DNA of 61,770 bases, the filler included. It is 8 parts of 8 records of this genome, joined end to end, with 100 filler letters (N's around TTAATTAATTAA, not from the genome) between each part and the next. Parts side by side here need not be neighbours in the genome. Positions count along the whole stretch, not along the records: positions 55,469 to 61,770 come from SRR31147125_3085; 7 more parts are not named here. One strand, written 5' to 3'. This document shows positions 60,767 to 61,770 of this stretch, in pieces. Position 1 is the stretch's first letter, and the number at the start of each line of letters is the position of its first letter. Position numbers and translations under genes: made by a program. The notes below the pieces were generated by a model, which saw nothing but the letters and a program-made list of their open reading frames with translations, had not been told where the DNA came from and searched no databases.

Positions 60767-61494
60767 CCACCATCAAAGCCATATTTTAATGCATACAGCA
60801 ATTCAAGATTTTCAATTTTAATATAATTCTGGGCATTGTGCGAATTCATCTTTATGGCTGCCGAACGCTGCGGCACTTCCACATAATTATAACTATTAGC
60901 CGGATTTTGGGTTGAGTACACATAAACATGATTGTCTTCCCAGCACCAATCATATTCTTCGCCCATGAGGTTAAAGCCATTATCGCGACTGCACTCACAA
61001 ATATCTTTGGGTGCGCCTTCGTTGTTAAGATGGAGGTTTTCCATATTTCCCCAGGTAACATCGCCGTTGTTGTCAACAAAGAATATGCTGGCCGGGTGAT
61101 TGGTAACCGGATTACCTGTTCGCTCCCTGGGTGCCGATACTTCATTATCTGATTTCCAAATATTACTTTGTACCTCAGTCCAGGTTTCCACTCTTTCTGA
61201 CCCCAGAATTTGTGGTTTATCACCCGTTCCATATGCAGCATACACAATGTAGTTGTTACTGTTTCCGCTTTGCTGTATGACAAGCTGCTCCCGCCAGGCT
61301 CCGCCACGTTCGAACAAAATAGAGTCGCCGGGTTGAAAGGTAGTTTCGTTCACCTTGGCAATGGTTTTCCATGCTGTTTGTTTGCTTAAGCCATTGTTAT
61401 CGTCATTTCCTGTGTTGCTTACGTAGTAATTTGTGGCGTGGATATGAATATACACAAAAAGGACAGTGAAAAGAGTTACAGTTTTCTTTTTCAT
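60715..61494 (-). CDS. N-terminal part of the same secreted beta-helix protein (frameshift at A6, 60744-60749)
   Basis: Signal peptide and YYVSNTGNDDNNGLS..TAWKTI..VN...PGDSILFERG. One extra A joins it to the next ORF (AYEKKGIEIKNCHIG). Confidence 0.75.
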   Translation of the reverse strand: MKKKTVTLFTVLFVYIHIHATNYYVSNTGNDDNNGLSKQTAWKTIAKVNETTFQPGDSILFERGGAWREQLVIQQSGNSNNYIVYAAYGTGDKPQILGSERVETWTEVQSNIWKSDNEVSAPRERTGNPVTNHPASIFFVDNNGDVTWGNMENLHLNNEGAPKDICECSRDNGFNLMGEEYDWCWEDNHVYVYSTQNPANSYNYVEVPQRSAAIKMNSHNAQNYIKIENLELLYALKYGFDGGWPMAYEKRGLRLRIAI

Positions 61495-61770
61495 AATGTT
61501 ATGGTTTTTAACGTTAAACGGCATTAAAATTTTGTACGCTCGTTCTTTTAACGTGTTACAATATTTTGTATTGCATTATAGAAGAAAAATATAATTTATT
61601 GAAATTGTTTTTGGTATTACTCGAAGACTGCTCGTAAAGATTATATTCTTAATTCTATTAGTTTATACCCCTAAATCCCATGAAGGGGACTTAAGATGGT
61701 ATACTGTCTACTAATACGTTGTTCCGATTGAATAGAAATTTGCTTAGCCCGCTAGTCATCCTGAGCCTGT

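Noticed and set aside
1-61770. Functional links across contigs (e.g. HTCS regulating the fucose locus, pseudokinase regulating the VgrG operon)
   Set aside because: The contigs come from different organisms or unlinked positions, so adjacency in the window carries no information.
1-61770. CRISPR array, tRNA or rRNA genes
   Set aside because: No regularly spaced repeat-spacer pattern, cloverleaf or rRNA-like sequence was seen.
61755-61770. GTCATCCTGAGCCTGT at the window end resembling a common intergenic palindromic repeat
   Set aside because: It is truncated by the window edge and the partner arm is not visible.

Overview
This window is not one genomic locus. It is eight unrelated metagenomic contigs joined by artificial 100-bp spacers (N44-TTAATTAATTAA-N44), so gene context is only valid inside a contig. 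A (1-8226) is AT-rich and Fusobacteriota-like, judged from its Lgt. It holds the 3' end of a VgrG/gp5-type spike gene, two uncharacterised probable baseplate genes and an 862-aa Hsp70/actin-fold ATPase, followed by lgt and fprA. This contractile-injection/T6SS-like operon is the best candidate for a poorly described system. B (8327-14786) is Clostridia-like: sugar ABC ATPase, AraC, GH1, then a decayed mobile region with chimeric gene remnants, an XRE switch with palindromic operators and an IS3-like end. C (14887-25683) is a Bacteroidota locus for sulfated fucosylated glycans (2x GH29, 2x S1 sulfatase, GH20, a beta-propeller GH, FucP). D (25784-32055) is Clostridia-like: conjugative-element genes (ArdC-like, DUF3846), a HAD-TetR chimera and a FGGY/BtpA-SgcQ/DeoR/Cof sugar operon. 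E (32156-37646) is Bacteroidota: cobalamin riboswitch, btuFCD, rex, a TIM-barrel isomerase and a catA pseudogene. F (37747-48578) is KSB1/Calditrichota-like: a membrane pseudokinase, a large secreted repeat protein, an RNase HII-YraN fusion, and BNR and TPR lipoproteins. G (48679-55368) is Bacteroidota: TonB-dependent receptor, DUF4249 lipoprotein, hybrid two-component system. H (55469-61770) is Bacteroidota: MCP, metallophosphoesterase, T9SS beta-helix protein and REP-like palindromes. Five split genes in four different contigs plus contig A's neighbourhood all break at homopolymers that are one base short, which points to sequencing error rather than biology. No rRNA, tRNA or CRISPR array was seen. 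Taxonomic and family calls come from motif recognition, not database searches.
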